From: Brevibacterium luteolum
GTDB taxonomy: Bacteria > Actinomycetota > Actinomycetes > Actinomycetales > Brevibacteriaceae
NCBI RefSeq assembly: GCF_013004595.1
Contig: NZ_JABEMC010000009.1
Coordinates: 1-64,000, forward strand
DNA: 64,000 bases
Reading direction: 5' to 3'
In this document: positions 39,448-50,074 of the stretch, piece after piece
How the letters are laid out: every line of letters begins with the position of its first letter
How positions within the stretch are numbered: the first letter of the stretch is position 1
The notes under the pieces: generated by a model
Seen by the model: the letters and a program-made list of their open reading frames with translations, nothing else
The model's database searches: none
Told to the model about the DNA's origin: nothing
Program-made: the position numbers and the translations under genes

Positions 39448-40485
39448 ATGTCCCGCCTGCACGTCATCGCCCTCGGCGGCACCATCGCCGCCACGAACTC
39501 CGGCACCGATTCCGCTTCAGGCGTCACCCCCTCGGTGAGCGCCAGTGAGATCGCCGCAGCCGCTGGCCTCGACACGCTGCCCGGCGGGGCCCCGGAGGTG
39601 ACCTTCGACCAGGTCGCGCAGGTCGGCTCGGGCAGCATCACCCTCGGCATGCTCGACGCGGTCGTCGCCTCCGCCCGCCAGGCGCGCACTGACGGTGCCC
39701 GCGGTGTGGTCCTCACCCAGGGCACCGACACGCTGGCCGATTCCGCGTTCGTCCTCGCCCTCATCAACGACTCCGGCCTGCCGATCATCGCCACCGGCGC
39801 GATGCGCAACCCAACCCTGCCCGGTGCTGACGGCCCCGCCAACGTCCGCGCGGCAGCCCTGACCGCCCTCGACCCGAGCCTGGCCGGCCTGCCGAGCCTG
39901 CTCGTCTTCGCCGACGAGATCCACAGCCCGCTGACCGTCACGAAGGCGCACACCACCTCGGTCGCGGCCTTCGCCTCACCGGCGGCCGGGCCGCTGGGCT
40001 GGGTGAGCGAGGACCGCGTCATCCTCCAGCACATGCCCGCCACCCTGCCCGGCACCCTCACCGTGCCCGAGGCGGGCGGCACCGAGTCTGTCGAGGAGAC
40101 TTCCGAACCGATCCCACCGCGGGTCGCGCTCGTGAGCGTCGGCTTCGACGACGACCTCGCCTACCTCGCAGGCCTACCCGCGGCAGGATATGCTGGCGCG
40201 GTCATCGCCGGCGTCGGCGGCGGGCATGTCTCGACCCGGGCGATCGACGCTGTTGCAGCACTCGCTGAGAAGATGCCGGTGGTGCTCGCCAGCCGCACCG
40301 GAGCCGGGGCGGTGCTCGAGCGCACCTACGGCTATCCGGGGGCGGAGATCGACCTGCTCTCCCGCGGCCTCATCCCCGCCAAGATGCTGGACGCCGACCG
40401 GGCTCGACTGCTGCTCATCCTCGCGCTGCGCGCCGGTGTGCCGGCAGAGAAACTGCCCGAGGTCTTCGCCGCATTCCGCGGCTGA
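39448..40485 (+). CDS. Asparaginase/glutaminase family protein
   Basis: ALGGTIA, QGTDTL, TGAMRNP...DGPAN. Confidence 0.9.
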   Translation: MSRLHVIALGGTIAATNSGTDSASGVTPSVSASEIAAAAGLDTLPGGAPEVTFDQVAQVGSGSITLGMLDAVVASARQARTDGARGVVLTQGTDTLADSAFVLALINDSGLPIIATGAMRNPTLPGADGPANVRAAALTALDPSLAGLPSLLVFADEIHSPLTVTKAHTTSVAAFASPAAGPLGWVSEDRVILQHMPATLPGTLTVPEAGGTESVEETSEPIPPRVALVSVGFDDDLAYLAGLPAAGYAGAVIAGVGGGHVSTRAIDAVAALAEKMPVVLASRTGAGAVLERTYGYPGAEIDLLSRGLIPAKMLDADRARLLLILALRAGVPAEKLPEVFAAFRG

Positions 40486-40542
40486 CCCCGGGCAGTCCCG
40501 TGAAGCTCAGTCAGCTGAGCTGGTTCCGTCAGCTGTGATGAC

Positions 40543-41559
40543 TCAGTCGGCGACCTTGATGATGGTCTTGCCGAAGTTCTTGCCGTTGAGCATCCCGATG
40601 AAGGTCTCCGGGGCGTTCTCCAGACCCTCGGTGACGTCTTCGCGGTAGCTGATCCTGCCTTCAGAGACCCACTGACCCATCTCTTCCAGGAAGTCGCGGT
40701 ACATGTCACGCACGAACTCCATCTGGATGAAGCCGCGCAGCGTCAGGCTCTTGGTGAGCACATTGGCCATGAGCGCAGCCGAGCGATCCGGCCCCTCGGG
40801 GGCTTCGGTGCGGTTGTAGTTGGCGACGAGGCCGCACACCGGCACACGGGCGTAGGTGTTCAGCCGCGGCAGCACGGCATCCCACACATGCCCGCCGACG
40901 TTTTCGAAGTACACGTCGATGCCCTCGGGGACTGCTTCCTTCAGCCGGCCGCGCAGATCCGGCTCCTTATGATCGAGTGCCACGTCGAAGCCGAGCTCCT
41001 TGAGGTATTCGACCTTCTGCGGCCCGCCGGCGATGCCGACGGTGCGGCAGCCCTTGATCTTGGCGATCTGCCCGACCGCCGAGCCGACCGGTCCGGTGGC
41101 TGCGGCGACGGCGACGGTCTCGCCCTCCTGGGGCTTGCCGATGGCCAGCAGGCCGGAGTATGCGGTGAAGCCGGTCATGCCGAGGATGCCGAGGTAGGCA
41201 CTGGCCGGGGCGACGGACTCGTCGATGGCGAAGGCCTCCTTGCCGGTTGTGAGGCTGTACTCCTGCCAGCCGCCGTAGTTCTGCACGAGGTCGCCGACCT
41301 TGAGTTTCGGGTCATTGGATTCGACGACCTCGCCGACGGTGCCGCCGATGATGACGTCGCCGATTTCCAGCGGGGCGGCGTAGGACTTGGCATCGGACAT
41401 CCGCCCGCGCATGTACGGGTCGAGTGAGAGGTAGCGGGTGCGCACGAGCGCCTGCCCCTCACCGGGGGTCGGGACTTCGCCCTCGTCGAACTGGAAGTCG
41501 TCTGCGACGGGCTCGCCGTGCGGACGGCGGGCTAGGCGGATGCTGCGATTGACGGTCAT
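40543..41559 (-). CDS. NADP-dependent oxidoreductase (YncB/CurA, prostaglandin reductase-like)
   Basis: LSLDPYMRGRM, IDVYFENVGG, GKNFGK. Confidence 0.92.
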   Translation of the reverse strand: MTVNRSIRLARRPHGEPVADDFQFDEGEVPTPGEGQALVRTRYLSLDPYMRGRMSDAKSYAAPLEIGDVIIGGTVGEVVESNDPKLKVGDLVQNYGGWQEYSLTTGKEAFAIDESVAPASAYLGILGMTGFTAYSGLLAIGKPQEGETVAVAAATGPVGSAVGQIAKIKGCRTVGIAGGPQKVEYLKELGFDVALDHKEPDLRGRLKEAVPEGIDVYFENVGGHVWDAVLPRLNTYARVPVCGLVANYNRTEAPEGPDRSAALMANVLTKSLTLRGFIQMEFVRDMYRDFLEEMGQWVSEGRISYREDVTEGLENAPETFIGMLNGKNFGKTIIKVAD

Positions 41560-41696
41560 GGGTTCTCCTTTGCTGCGCTCGGCTGTCCTGCATTCGCAGA
41601 AATTTAGCGATCGAACGACTGTTCAAGACTCTAACGGTCGTTGCGGCCGGCGTCGAGAGGCAAGGATGTGACTTCCGACCTGCTAGCGTCGAGATC

Positions 41697-42611
41697 ATGA
41701 CGAGTGCCCCCGCCCCGCGCGCTGATGCCGAGATCCCAGCCTTCATCGCCGGCCTCGGCCTGCCCGGTCTGGCTGACATCCACATCCACTTCCTGCCCGA
41801 GCGGATGCTTGAGAAAGTGTGGGCGGTCTTCGACAACGCCGGTGAGGTCTACGGCCAGGACTGGCCGATCACCTACCGCTTCGACACCGCCACCCGGCTC
41901 TCGATCGCGCGCAGCTTCGGGATCCCGGCGATCCCGGCCCTGACCTACCCGCATAAGCCGGGCATGGCCGTCTGGCTCAATGGCTGGAACACGGACTTCG
42001 CTGCGGCTCATGACGATGTCATCCACTGCGGCACCCTCTATCCGGAGCCCGGCGTCGGCGACTACGTCCAGGCCGCCCTCGATGCTGGGGCCAGGCTGTT
42101 CAAGATGCATGTGCAGGTCGGCGACTACGCCCCGGACTCCGCACTGCTGGACCCAGCCTGGGAGGCACTGGCCGCAGCCAGGGTGCCGGTCGTCATCCAT
42201 GTGGGCTCCGGTCCGCGGCCGGGCACCTATACGGGACCGGAGCATATGCGGCAGGTGCTGCGGAACTTCCCGCAGCTCACGGCGGTCATCGCGCATATGG
42301 GAATGCCGGAGTATCACGAGTTCGCCGACCTGGCAGAGGAGTTCGACAACGTCCACCTCGACACGACGATGTTCGCCACCGACTTCATCAACCAGCTCGC
42401 CCCCTTCGACGACCGCTACGTCGACCGGCTGGCGGAGCTGCGTGAGCGGGTTGTGCTCGGCTCGGACTTCCCGAACATCCCGTACCCGTATGCCCATCAG
42501 CTCGAGGCTCTCGTGCGGCTGGGCCTGGGGGACGAGTGGCTGCGCGCGGTGCTGTGGGACAACGGTGCCCGCCTGCTCGGCCTGCCGGCCCGCACACAGC
42601 CTCGCCAGTGA
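41697..42611 (+). CDS. Amidohydrolase family (Amidohydro_2)
   Basis: DIHIHF, KMHVQVG, IAHMG, GSDFP. Confidence 0.9.
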   Translation: MTSAPAPRADAEIPAFIAGLGLPGLADIHIHFLPERMLEKVWAVFDNAGEVYGQDWPITYRFDTATRLSIARSFGIPAIPALTYPHKPGMAVWLNGWNTDFAAAHDDVIHCGTLYPEPGVGDYVQAALDAGARLFKMHVQVGDYAPDSALLDPAWEALAAARVPVVIHVGSGPRPGTYTGPEHMRQVLRNFPQLTAVIAHMGMPEYHEFADLAEEFDNVHLDTTMFATDFINQLAPFDDRYVDRLAELRERVVLGSDFPNIPYPYAHQLEALVRLGLGDEWLRAVLWDNGARLLGLPARTQPRQ

Positions 42612-42617
42612 GTGCGC

Positions 42618-44615
42618 TCATGCCTGCTGGGCGCCGGTGGAGGCACGCAGCAGCTGCCACTCCTCCTGCATCCACGGGCTGAACATGAACGGCATCCCGG
42701 CCACAGCAGCGTCGAGGTGCTCGGGTTCGACCCAATCGTATTCGGCGACTTCGTCAGCAGCCGGGTCGAGGTCGCCGGTGAGCACAGCGGTGAAGACCGG
42801 GCAGATCTCGTTCTCCACCACGCCCGAGGCGTCGGTCGCGCGGTAGCGGTAGGCCGGCAGCACCGTGGTGAGGTCGCGCAGCCGGCAGCCGAGCTCCTCG
42901 GCGGCACGCCGGTGCACGGCAGCGGCGAGCGGTTCGCCGGGGCCCGGGTGTCCGCAGAGGGCGTTGGTCCACACGCCCGGCCAGGTCTTCTTGCTCAGGG
43001 CGCGGCGGGTGAGCAGCACCCGGCCGGCGGTGTCGAAGACGAAGCAGGAGAACGCCTGGTGCAGCGGCGTTTCGGCGGTGTGCACCGTGGCTTTGTCTGC
43101 GGTGCCGAGCGCGGCACCGTCATCGGAGACGAGCACCACCTGCTCGACCGGGTTCTGCCCGGTTCCCGCATCCGCAGCGCCTTGCCCGCCGTCCAATCCA
43201 CCCCCGCTCGCTCCATCGCCCCGCGCCTCATCTGCGCCGGCGGTGATGATCTGGGCGACGATGTCGACGAGCGCGCTGTCCTGCCACGGGGCTGCGGCGA
43301 TCTGCACACTGGCAGGGAACTGCGCCGTCACCTGCCCGTCAGCACCGGGCAGCAGCCGCGGCAGCGCGTCGATGGGCACGCTCACCGCCGGCCAGCCGAG
43401 CACGTTGAACAGCTGCGAATAGGCCCGGAACGCCCAGCGCACCCCCTGGTCGGTAGCCTCCCACGGCACTGGCTGGCAGCCCATCGTCGGGGTGAGGATG
43501 ACATCGACCCGGGCGAACACCTCGGCTGCGGCGGCACGCAGCTCCGCGCAGCCGGCCACCGCGCGCTCATAGTCAGCAGCGCTGACCGTCTGATCGTGTT
43601 CGATGTTCGCCCGCACCTGCGGCTGATAGTCGCGGTGGCCGGCCTCCCATGCCGGGCGGTGGATGAGCCAGCTCTCCCGGGCGCGCATGGTCGAGTAGCT
43701 CTGGGCGGTCGCCGGGAGGTCGAAGGCGCCGGTGAGGTCGACGAGCTCGATTTGCCACCCCGTGGCGGCTGCGGCCGCGCAGCGCTGCTGAAGCCACGGC
43801 CGCACGCGGGCCTCGAACCACGCGCGATCATGGGCGAGGCCGCCGCCGGGGTGCGCCCCGGCACCCAGGTCGTCGGCGGCGAAGACGCCGATCCGCAGCA
43901 CGCGGCGCCCCTCACCGGAGGCGAGGTCCGCCAGCCGCTGGTCCCCCACCTCGGGGGCGGGCACCGTGGCCTGTCCGGGAACCGGGCCGGGGCAGGCTGC
44001 GGCGAACCGGGGCCACAGGGCGGCAAGCTCAGCTGGGGTGCGGGTGAAGAGGCCGACGGTGTCGAAACTGCCTGACAGCGGGGCGACACCTGCGGTCGGG
44101 AGCCGGCCGAGCGTCGGCTTGAAGCCGACGATCCCCGCACACGCGGCTGGCACGCGCACAGATCCGGCTGTGTCCGTGCCGAGGGCGGCGGGCACGATGC
44201 CGGCGGCGACGGCGAGCGCGGAGCCGTAGCTGGAGCCCCCGGTGGTATAGCCGGGCCAGATCGGGTTGACGCCGCGGCCGTGCGTGCTCTCCTCGCCCAT
44301 GATGCCGTAGGAATGCTCCTGGCAGGTCGTCTTGGCCACCGGCACCAGGCCGAGGCGCTCGCACAGTTCGATGACCGCCGCCGAGGCAGCGGCCGGCTCC
44401 TCGGGTCGGACGTGGGAGCCCATCGTGGTGAGGGAGCCGGCGATGTCGATGACGTCCTTGACCGCGATCGGCATGCCGGCAGCGCGCGGGTCGACCGGGA
44501 GGGTCTCGACGATGGCGTTGAGGTCGCGGCCGATCGTCTCACACGCCGCCAGCGCCTGGGCGACGGTGAGGGCGCGGATGGGCTGGCCGGCGGTGGTGCC
44601 ACGGGGATTGTCCAT
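42618..44615 (-). CDS. idi: Amidase-signature enzyme fused to type 1 isopentenyl-diphosphate isomerase
   Basis: N-terminal [25 protein letters not shown]-terminal [25 protein letters not shown]; one frame with a Gly/Ala linker. Confidence 0.85.
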   Translation of the reverse strand: MDNPRGTTAGQPIRALTVAQALAACETIGRDLNAIVETLPVDPRAAGMPIAVKDVIDIAGSLTTMGSHVRPEEPAAASAAVIELCERLGLVPVAKTTCQEHSYGIMGEESTHGRGVNPIWPGYTTGGSSYGSALAVAAGIVPAALGTDTAGSVRVPAACAGIVGFKPTLGRLPTAGVAPLSGSFDTVGLFTRTPAELAALWPRFAAACPGPVPGQATVPAPEVGDQRLADLASGEGRRVLRIGVFAADDLGAGAHPGGGLAHDRAWFEARVRPWLQQRCAAAAATGWQIELVDLTGAFDLPATAQSYSTMRARESWLIHRPAWEAGHRDYQPQVRANIEHDQTVSAADYERAVAGCAELRAAAAEVFARVDVILTPTMGCQPVPWEATDQGVRWAFRAYSQLFNVLGWPAVSVPIDALPRLLPGADGQVTAQFPASVQIAAAPWQDSALVDIVAQIITAGADEARGDGASGGGLDGGQGAADAGTGQNPVEQVVLVSDDGAALGTADKATVHTAETPLHQAFSCFVFDTAGRVLLTRRALSKKTWPGVWTNALCGHPGPGEPLAAAVHRRAAEELGCRLRDLTTVLPAYRYRATDASGVVENEICPVFTAVLTGDLDPAADEVAEYDWVEPEHLDAAVAGMPFMFSPWMQEEWQLLRASTGAQQA

Positions 44616-45040
44616 AGTCCATTCGTACAGCATCTGCGGCCTGAGTGGGCGCTCATCCGATGGGGAGTATACCCGTTGTGCAGAAGTGTCCGGCACGGTG
44701 GTGTTCGGCTGGCAGATGTGTCTAGCTTCGAACTTGCGTTGACGACCGGTGCGGTGGGTTCTTGTCGGCAGGCTTGATCGCGGGATGGACCCTGGATGCC
44801 TGAGCTTTGAGGGAGCGTTGCGCCGCGGTGCAACTGAGGGATGTCCGACCAACTGCGTGCTTAGCGAGAACAGTGAAAGGTGGAGCATGCGTCTGTTTGA
44901 CGGTCGCCCCTCACAACCCCTCCGGTCGGACTTGAGCCACTCAGCCACAGAGCTGGGGTCAATTGCAAAGGGTCCCTGTCGGTGGGCAGAACGGCGGCCT
45001 GGTCGATCGTTGTCGGATCGACCAGGCCGGGTAGTAGGGG

Positions 45041-45448
45041 TCAGCCGATCGCGGCCAGGAGGTCGGCGCAGGCCTGTTCGCATCGGCGGCAGGCCTCGGC
45101 GCAGACGCGGCAGTGCTCGTGCATGTCCGCGTGCTTCTCGCATTCGGCGGCGCATTCTGCGCACGCTGCCCGGCATGCCTCGAGTGCGGCTTTGACCGTG
45201 GCCAGGTTCTGCCCGGTGCGGCGGCTGAGAATGCTGCCGGTGGCCGCGCAGAGGTCCGCGCAGTCAAGGTTGAGACGGATGCAGTTGCGCAGATCGGCGA
45301 CCATGTCTTCGGCCAGGCAGGCATCGGCGCAGGCCGTGCAGGTCTGGGCGCACTCGAAACAGGCGGCGATGCAATCGGCGAGTTTCTGCACGTCCAGACC
45401 GGTGGTGTCGTTGGGGTGGGTCTCGATCATTGAAGTGATGTGAGTCAT
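45041..45448 (-). CDS. Four-helix-bundle copper storage protein (Csp3/DUF326-like)
   Basis: 18 Cys in CxxxC/CxxC arrays, no signal peptide, HADMHEHC. Confidence 0.92.
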   Translation of the reverse strand: MTHITSMIETHPNDTTGLDVQKLADCIAACFECAQTCTACADACLAEDMVADLRNCIRLNLDCADLCAATGSILSRRTGQNLATVKAALEACRAACAECAAECEKHADMHEHCRVCAEACRRCEQACADLLAAIG

Positions 45449-45542
45449 CGCTGCGCTCCTTCTTCTCCGAGGCGGTGCTAGGAAGCACCCGGCTACCATC
45501 GACGCTAGGTGACCCGCCGACCAAAGCGAAGCCGCCAGAAGC

Positions 45543-45562
45543 TGATCTTCGCAGAATCTTCA
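45543..45562 (-). promoter_or_regulatory. CopR-type direct-repeat box upstream of the copper storage gene
   Basis: Minus strand TGAAGATTC-TG-CGAAGATCA, versus Corynebacterium CopR site TGAAGATTT-N2-TGAAGATTT. Confidence 0.75.
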
Positions 45563-45611
45563 TGAACCGCAGTCCGGTCCGATGCCCGGTTCCCCTTCCG
45601 GAGAAAAAAGT

Positions 45612-46253
45612 TCAGAGGTTTTCGAGCATCGTCTTCATCTCCTGGATCTCTGCTTCCTGGTCTTCGATGACCTGCTCGGCCAGGGCGACGGCCTGCGGGT
45701 TCTGCCCGTCGGCGACCTGCTGCTCGGCCATGTCGACGGCACCCTCGTGGTGTCTGGTCATCTGTTCCAAGTACAGCTTCGCGGCGTCGGTGCCGGTGGC
45801 GTCTTCGAGCTGTTGCATGTCGTCTTCGCTCATCATCCCGCTCATGCCGCCGTGACCGCCCATGCCACCCGTGCCGTCCATGTCGTCCATGTTCATGGGT
45901 TGCTGGCCCCAGGCTTCGAGCATGGCGTTCATCCGGTCGATCTCGGGCCCCTGCGCGTCGATCACGCCTTGGGCGAAGTCGGCGACGTTCTGCGGGATGT
46001 CGTCCTTGGCCAGCAGGATCTCGCTCATCTCGACGGCCTGCTGGTGGTGGGGGATCATCATCTGCGCGAACATCACGTCGGCGTCGTTGTGCTCCGCGGA
46101 GATCTCCTCTCCGGTGCCAGCGGTGTCGGTGGCGACCGAGGTCTCAGGGACGGGAGCCTCCCCGGTGCTGCCGGGGTCGGCGTTCCCGGCGCATGCCGAA
46201 AGAATGAGCGTGCCGGCGACGGCTGCTGCAACTGCCAGTGAGGTGCGCTTCAT
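45612..46253 (-). CDS. DUF305 (CopM-like) lipoprotein
   Basis: Lipobox LSAC, MMIPHHQQAVEM, MTRHHEGAVDMA, Met-rich. Confidence 0.92.
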   Translation of the reverse strand: MKRTSLAVAAAVAGTLILSACAGNADPGSTGEAPVPETSVATDTAGTGEEISAEHNDADVMFAQMMIPHHQQAVEMSEILLAKDDIPQNVADFAQGVIDAQGPEIDRMNAMLEAWGQQPMNMDDMDGTGGMGGHGGMSGMMSEDDMQQLEDATGTDAAKLYLEQMTRHHEGAVDMAEQQVADGQNPQAVALAEQVIEDQEAEIQEMKTMLENL

Positions 46254-48499
46254 GAGGTGACCTTTCCTTGCTGGTGGACGGTTTCCGGTCGGGACGTCTC
46301 GGTGGGGGTCGGTGCCAGCCGGGCCGGGTCGAGTTCGGTGCGGCGCAGCAGCTGTGCGTTGAGCGCGACGATAATGGTCGACAGGGACATCAGGATCGCG
46401 CCGACGGCCGGGGAGAGCACGAACCCGATGGGGGCCAGGACTCCGGCGGCCAGCGGGACGGCGAGGACGTTGTAGCCGGTCGCCCATGCCAGGTTCTGGA
46501 TCATCTTGCGGTAGCTGGCCCGGGATAGGTCGATCATCGACAGCACTGCTCGCGGATCGTCGCTGGCCAGTACGACGCCGGCCGATCCCATCGCCACGTC
46601 GGTGCCGGCCCCGATCGCGATGCCGACGTCTGCCCGGGCAAGGGCGGGGGCGTCGTTGACGCCGTCGCCGACCATTGCTACCGACAGTCCCCTGTTCTGC
46701 AGGTCGGTGACGGCGGAGTCCTTGTCCTGCGGGAGGACTTCGGCGAAGACCTCGTCGATGCCGAGGTCGCGCCCGACGGCGTCGGCGACCTGCTGGGCGT
46801 CGCCGGTGATGAGGGCGACCTTCACACCGCGTTCCTGCAGGGCGTGGACTGCGGCCCGGGATTCCGGCCGTACCTGGTCCTCCAGGGCGACCGCGCCGAT
46901 AATGGTCCGGTCCTGCACGATGTGCAGGACGCTGGCGCCGCGCTGGGTCCATTCCGCGACGTCGGCGGCGATCTCGGTCGGGGATTCCAGCCCGTAGTCG
47001 CGCAGCATGTTGGGCCCGCCCACGGTGATCTCGGAACCGTCGACGATGGCGCGGACCCCGCGCCCGGCGGCGGTGGTGAACTCACTGGCCTGCAGACGAG
47101 TCGAGGCCGCTTCCGGGTGTTCGGCTGCCGCTGCGGTGATCGCCCGTGCCACCGGGTGTTCGCTGTTGGCTTCGGTGGCGGCGGCCAGCGCCAACACGCG
47201 GCTTTCACTGATTCCTGACACATGCGCGGTCCCGGTGACGGCGTGCGCGCCCTGCGTGAGAGTGCCCGTCTTGTCGAAGAGCACGATATCGATCGAGCGC
47301 ATCCGCTCCAGCGCGAGCCGGTCCTTGATGAGCAGGCCCGACCGGGCGGCCTTCTCGGTCGAGATGGCGATCACCAGCGGGATCGCCAGTCCGAGTGCGT
47401 GCGGGCAGGCGATGATCAGCACGGTGACGGTGCGGATGACTGCCTGGTCGGGCGCGCCCAGCAGCGTCCAGATGAGCGCAGTGATGATGCCGGCGCCCAG
47501 CGCGAACCAGAACAGCAGCGCTGCGGCACGATCAGCCAGCGCCTGCGCCCGCGACGACGATGCCTGCGCGTCGGCGACCATCCGCTGAATGCCGGCCAGG
47601 GCAGTCTCGCCGCCGGTGGCTTCCACGGTTAGACGCACCGCGTTGTCCGTGGCGACGGTGCCGGCCACGATCTTGTCACCGAGTTCACGCAGGACGGGTT
47701 TGGACTCACCGGTGATCATGGACTCGTCGAACTCGGCGTGCCCGTCGATGATGCGTCCGTCGGCCGGGACCCGGGCCCCGGACCGAACCAGCACCGTGTC
47801 ACCGGTCTGCAGTTCGGCGATCGGGACGGTGATGGTCCCGGACTCGGTGACCTTCTCCGCCTCGTCGGGCAACAGCTCGGCCAGCGCGTCGAGGGCACCG
47901 GATGCCGCACCGAGGGCGCGCATCTCCAGCCAGTGCCCCAGCAGCATGATGGTGACCAGCAGCGCCAGCTCCCACCAGAAGTCGAGCATGAAGTCGCCGA
48001 TGCCCAGGCTGGTGGCCCAGGAGGCGACGAAGGCCACGGTGATGGCCATCGCGATCAGCAGCATCATCCCCGGCTGCCGTGATTTCAGCTCATTGAGCCC
48101 GCCCTTGAGGAAGGGCATGCCGCCGTAGACGTAGATGACGGTGCCCAGCACCGGGGCGATCCAGGCCGAGCCGAAGAACTCGGGCACTTGGTAGCCGAGC
48201 AGGTCGGCGACCATGTGGCTGAAGATGACGACCGGCACCGACAGGATCAGGCTGACCCAGAACCGGTTGCGGAACATCGCGACACTGTGCCCGGCGTGCT
48301 CCCCGTGGCCTGCGTGCGCGTCATGGTCGTGTCCGGCGTGACTGTCGTGGGCGGGTGCCGGGGCTTCGTCAAGGGCGGAGTGGCCGTGGCCCTGCGGCAT
48401 CGCCTGTCCGTGGCTGTCTGCGTCGAGGTGGTCGTGGTGGTGATGGGCGTGGGTGTGATCTGCCGGTTCGGGCTGGTGGTGGTGCTCCGGATTGCTCAT
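46250..48499 (-). CDS. copB: Copper-translocating P1B-type ATPase (CPH subtype)
   Basis: His-rich N-terminus, TGES, ACPHALG, DKTGT, GDGVND, YN and MSLST. Confidence 0.95.
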   Translation of the reverse strand: MSNPEHHHQPEPADHTHAHHHHDHLDADSHGQAMPQGHGHSALDEAPAPAHDSHAGHDHDAHAGHGEHAGHSVAMFRNRFWVSLILSVPVVIFSHMVADLLGYQVPEFFGSAWIAPVLGTVIYVYGGMPFLKGGLNELKSRQPGMMLLIAMAITVAFVASWATSLGIGDFMLDFWWELALLVTIMLLGHWLEMRALGAASGALDALAELLPDEAEKVTESGTITVPIAELQTGDTVLVRSGARVPADGRIIDGHAEFDESMITGESKPVLRELGDKIVAGTVATDNAVRLTVEATGGETALAGIQRMVADAQASSSRAQALADRAAALLFWFALGAGIITALIWTLLGAPDQAVIRTVTVLIIACPHALGLAIPLVIAISTEKAARSGLLIKDRLALERMRSIDIVLFDKTGTLTQGAHAVTGTAHVSGISESRVLALAAATEANSEHPVARAITAAAAEHPEAASTRLQASEFTTAAGRGVRAIVDGSEITVGGPNMLRDYGLESPTEIAADVAEWTQRGASVLHIVQDRTIIGAVALEDQVRPESRAAVHALQERGVKVALITGDAQQVADAVGRDLGIDEVFAEVLPQDKDSAVTDLQNRGLSVAMVGDGVNDAPALARADVGIAIGAGTDVAMGSAGVVLASDDPRAVLSMIDLSRASYRKMIQNLAWATGYNVLAVPLAAGVLAPIGFVLSPAVGAILMSLSTIIVALNAQLLRRTELDPARLAPTPTETSRPETVHQQGKVTS

Positions 48500-48533
48500 C
48501 GTTGTCCTTCACAGTCAGGGGATGGGTAGCCGA

Positions 48534-48857
48534 TCAGGCTTCTGTTCCGGGGTATCCGGCCGCGGCAAGCGCTGATTGCAGCGCCGCCGTGTCCACCGGT
48601 GCGCTGCTGGTCACCGTGACGGTGGACCGGCCGTGGGCTACCAGCGTGACGTCCACCTGGGCGTTGCGGTCCACCGCGTGTATGGCCTTGGTCACGCGCG
48701 AGGCGCAGCCCTGGCAGGTCAGCCCTTCTACAGCGAGTGTGAGCGTGGAGGCCGGCCCGGCACTGCTGCCAGTTGCGTTTGTAGTGGCGGTGTCGGCTGG
48801 TGCGCAGCAGGCGCAGCCTGCCGATGCGAGGGGCAGCTGACGGGAGGATGCGGTCAT
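48534..48857 (-). CDS. copZ: Heavy-metal-associated domain chaperone
   Basis: GLTCQGC HMA motif plus N-terminal GCACC. Confidence 0.85.
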   Translation of the reverse strand: MTASSRQLPLASAGCACCAPADTATTNATGSSAGPASTLTLAVEGLTCQGCASRVTKAIHAVDRNAQVDVTLVAHGRSTVTVTSSAPVDTAALQSALAAAGYPGTEA

Positions 48858-48914
48858 GGTGTGCTCCTGACTTGCGGGCTCGGTGAGGCCGCGCGGGTTT
48901 CGCGCGCCTCCGAC

Positions 48915-48933
48915 TATACCCTGTAGGGGTATA
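48915..48933. promoter_or_regulatory. CsoR-type operator upstream of copZ-copB
   Basis: Palindrome TATACCC-TGTAG-GGGTATA. Confidence 0.8.
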
Positions 48934-48952
48934 TGAGTAAAGGTGTTCATGC

Positions 48953-50074
48953 TCACGCGGGGCGGGCCTTTCCGGGGGTGCGGGGCAGTTCGATGGTGAA
49001 CTCCGAGCCGTGTCCGGGGCCGGCGGAGGTGGCGGTGAGGGTACCGCTGTGGGCTGCGATGAGGGCGTGGGAGATCGTCAGGCCGATGCCGGAGCCGCCG
49101 TGGTCGCGGTCGCGGGCGGTGTCGCCGCGGTAGAAGCGTTCGAAGATGTGGGTGAGCTGGTCGGCGGTCATGCCGTCGCCGGTGTCGGTGACGCGGATGG
49201 TCACGGTGTCCGTGGTGCCGGTGGTGGTGAGGGAGACGGTTCCCCCGGGTGGGGTGTGGCGCAGCGCGTTCGACAGGAGGTTGTCGAAGACTTGCGCCAG
49301 CCGTTGCCGGTCGGCGATCACGGTGCCGATTCGGGTGTCGGTGGGGATGGTGAGGGTCACGCCCTTGGCTGTGTAGCTCTCCTGGACTGCGGCAGCAGTG
49401 CTGTCGAGCAGGTCGGCGATGGGTACGGGGGCGGGGTCGAGGTCGATGCGGCCTTCCTCAGCGCGGGAGACATCGTCGATGTCTTCGACAAGGCGTGTCA
49501 GGCGTGCCAGCTGTTCGGCCATCACGGCGTGGGTGGTGGGGTTCCACTCGACGACCTGGTCCTGCAGCCCCTCGAGGTAGACGGAGATGACCGAGGCCGG
49601 TGTGCTCATCTCGTGGGCGAGGTCGGACAGGATGCGTTGCCGCGTCTCCTCGGTGCGGGTCAGCTGGTCGGCCATCGTGTTGAACGCTCGGGCCAGGGAG
49701 TCGAGTTCGACGCCGGCGCCGACCACCGGGACGCGCACATTGTAGTTGCCGCGGGCGACTTCGGCTGCCCCAGCGGTGAGCTGTTCCAGCGGGGTGCGGA
49801 TCGTGCGGGAGAGCAGGAAGCTGGCCAGGAGCGCGCAGGCCAGACCGGTGCCCAATGCCACCGCCAGGGTGATCAGGTTCGCGTCGCGGTAGGCCTGCTC
49901 GACATGGAACAGTTCCGAGGATCCCCCCGGGATGCCGGCCATTTCCAGGTGTTCGTGGAACAGCGGGGGCCCGGCCAGGGTGGCGACTGCCACCGCTCCG
50001 AGCAGGCTTGCCGCCACCACGATCAGCTGCGTGGCGAACAGGCGGGTGGCCAGGCCGGAGTTGCGCAGCCTCAT
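48953..50074 (-). CDS. HAMP sensor histidine kinase (CopS/BaeS-like)
   Basis: LFHEHL, DLAHEMSTP, NLLSNALRH, DTGDG, GSGIGL. Confidence 0.93.
   Translation of the reverse strand: MRLRNSGLATRLFATQLIVVAASLLGAVAVATLAGPPLFHEHLEMAGIPGGSSELFHVEQAYRDANLITLAVALGTGLACALLASFLLSRTIRTPLEQLTAGAAEVARGNYNVRVPVVGAGVELDSLARAFNTMADQLTRTEETRQRILSDLAHEMSTPASVISVYLEGLQDQVVEWNPTTHAVMAEQLARLTRLVEDIDDVSRAEEGRIDLDPAPVPIADLLDSTAAAVQESYTAKGVTLTIPTDTRIGTVIADRQRLAQVFDNLLSNALRHTPPGGTVSLTTTGTTDTVTIRVTDTGDGMTADQLTHIFERFYRGDTARDRDHGGSGIGLTISHALIAAHSGTLTATSAGPGHGSEFTIELPRTPGKARPA

Noticed and set aside
44616..45176. Extended N-terminus of the 852-aa amidase-Idi ORF
   Set aside because: It overlaps csp and runs through atypical non-coding-looking DNA; amidase homology begins after ATG 44615.
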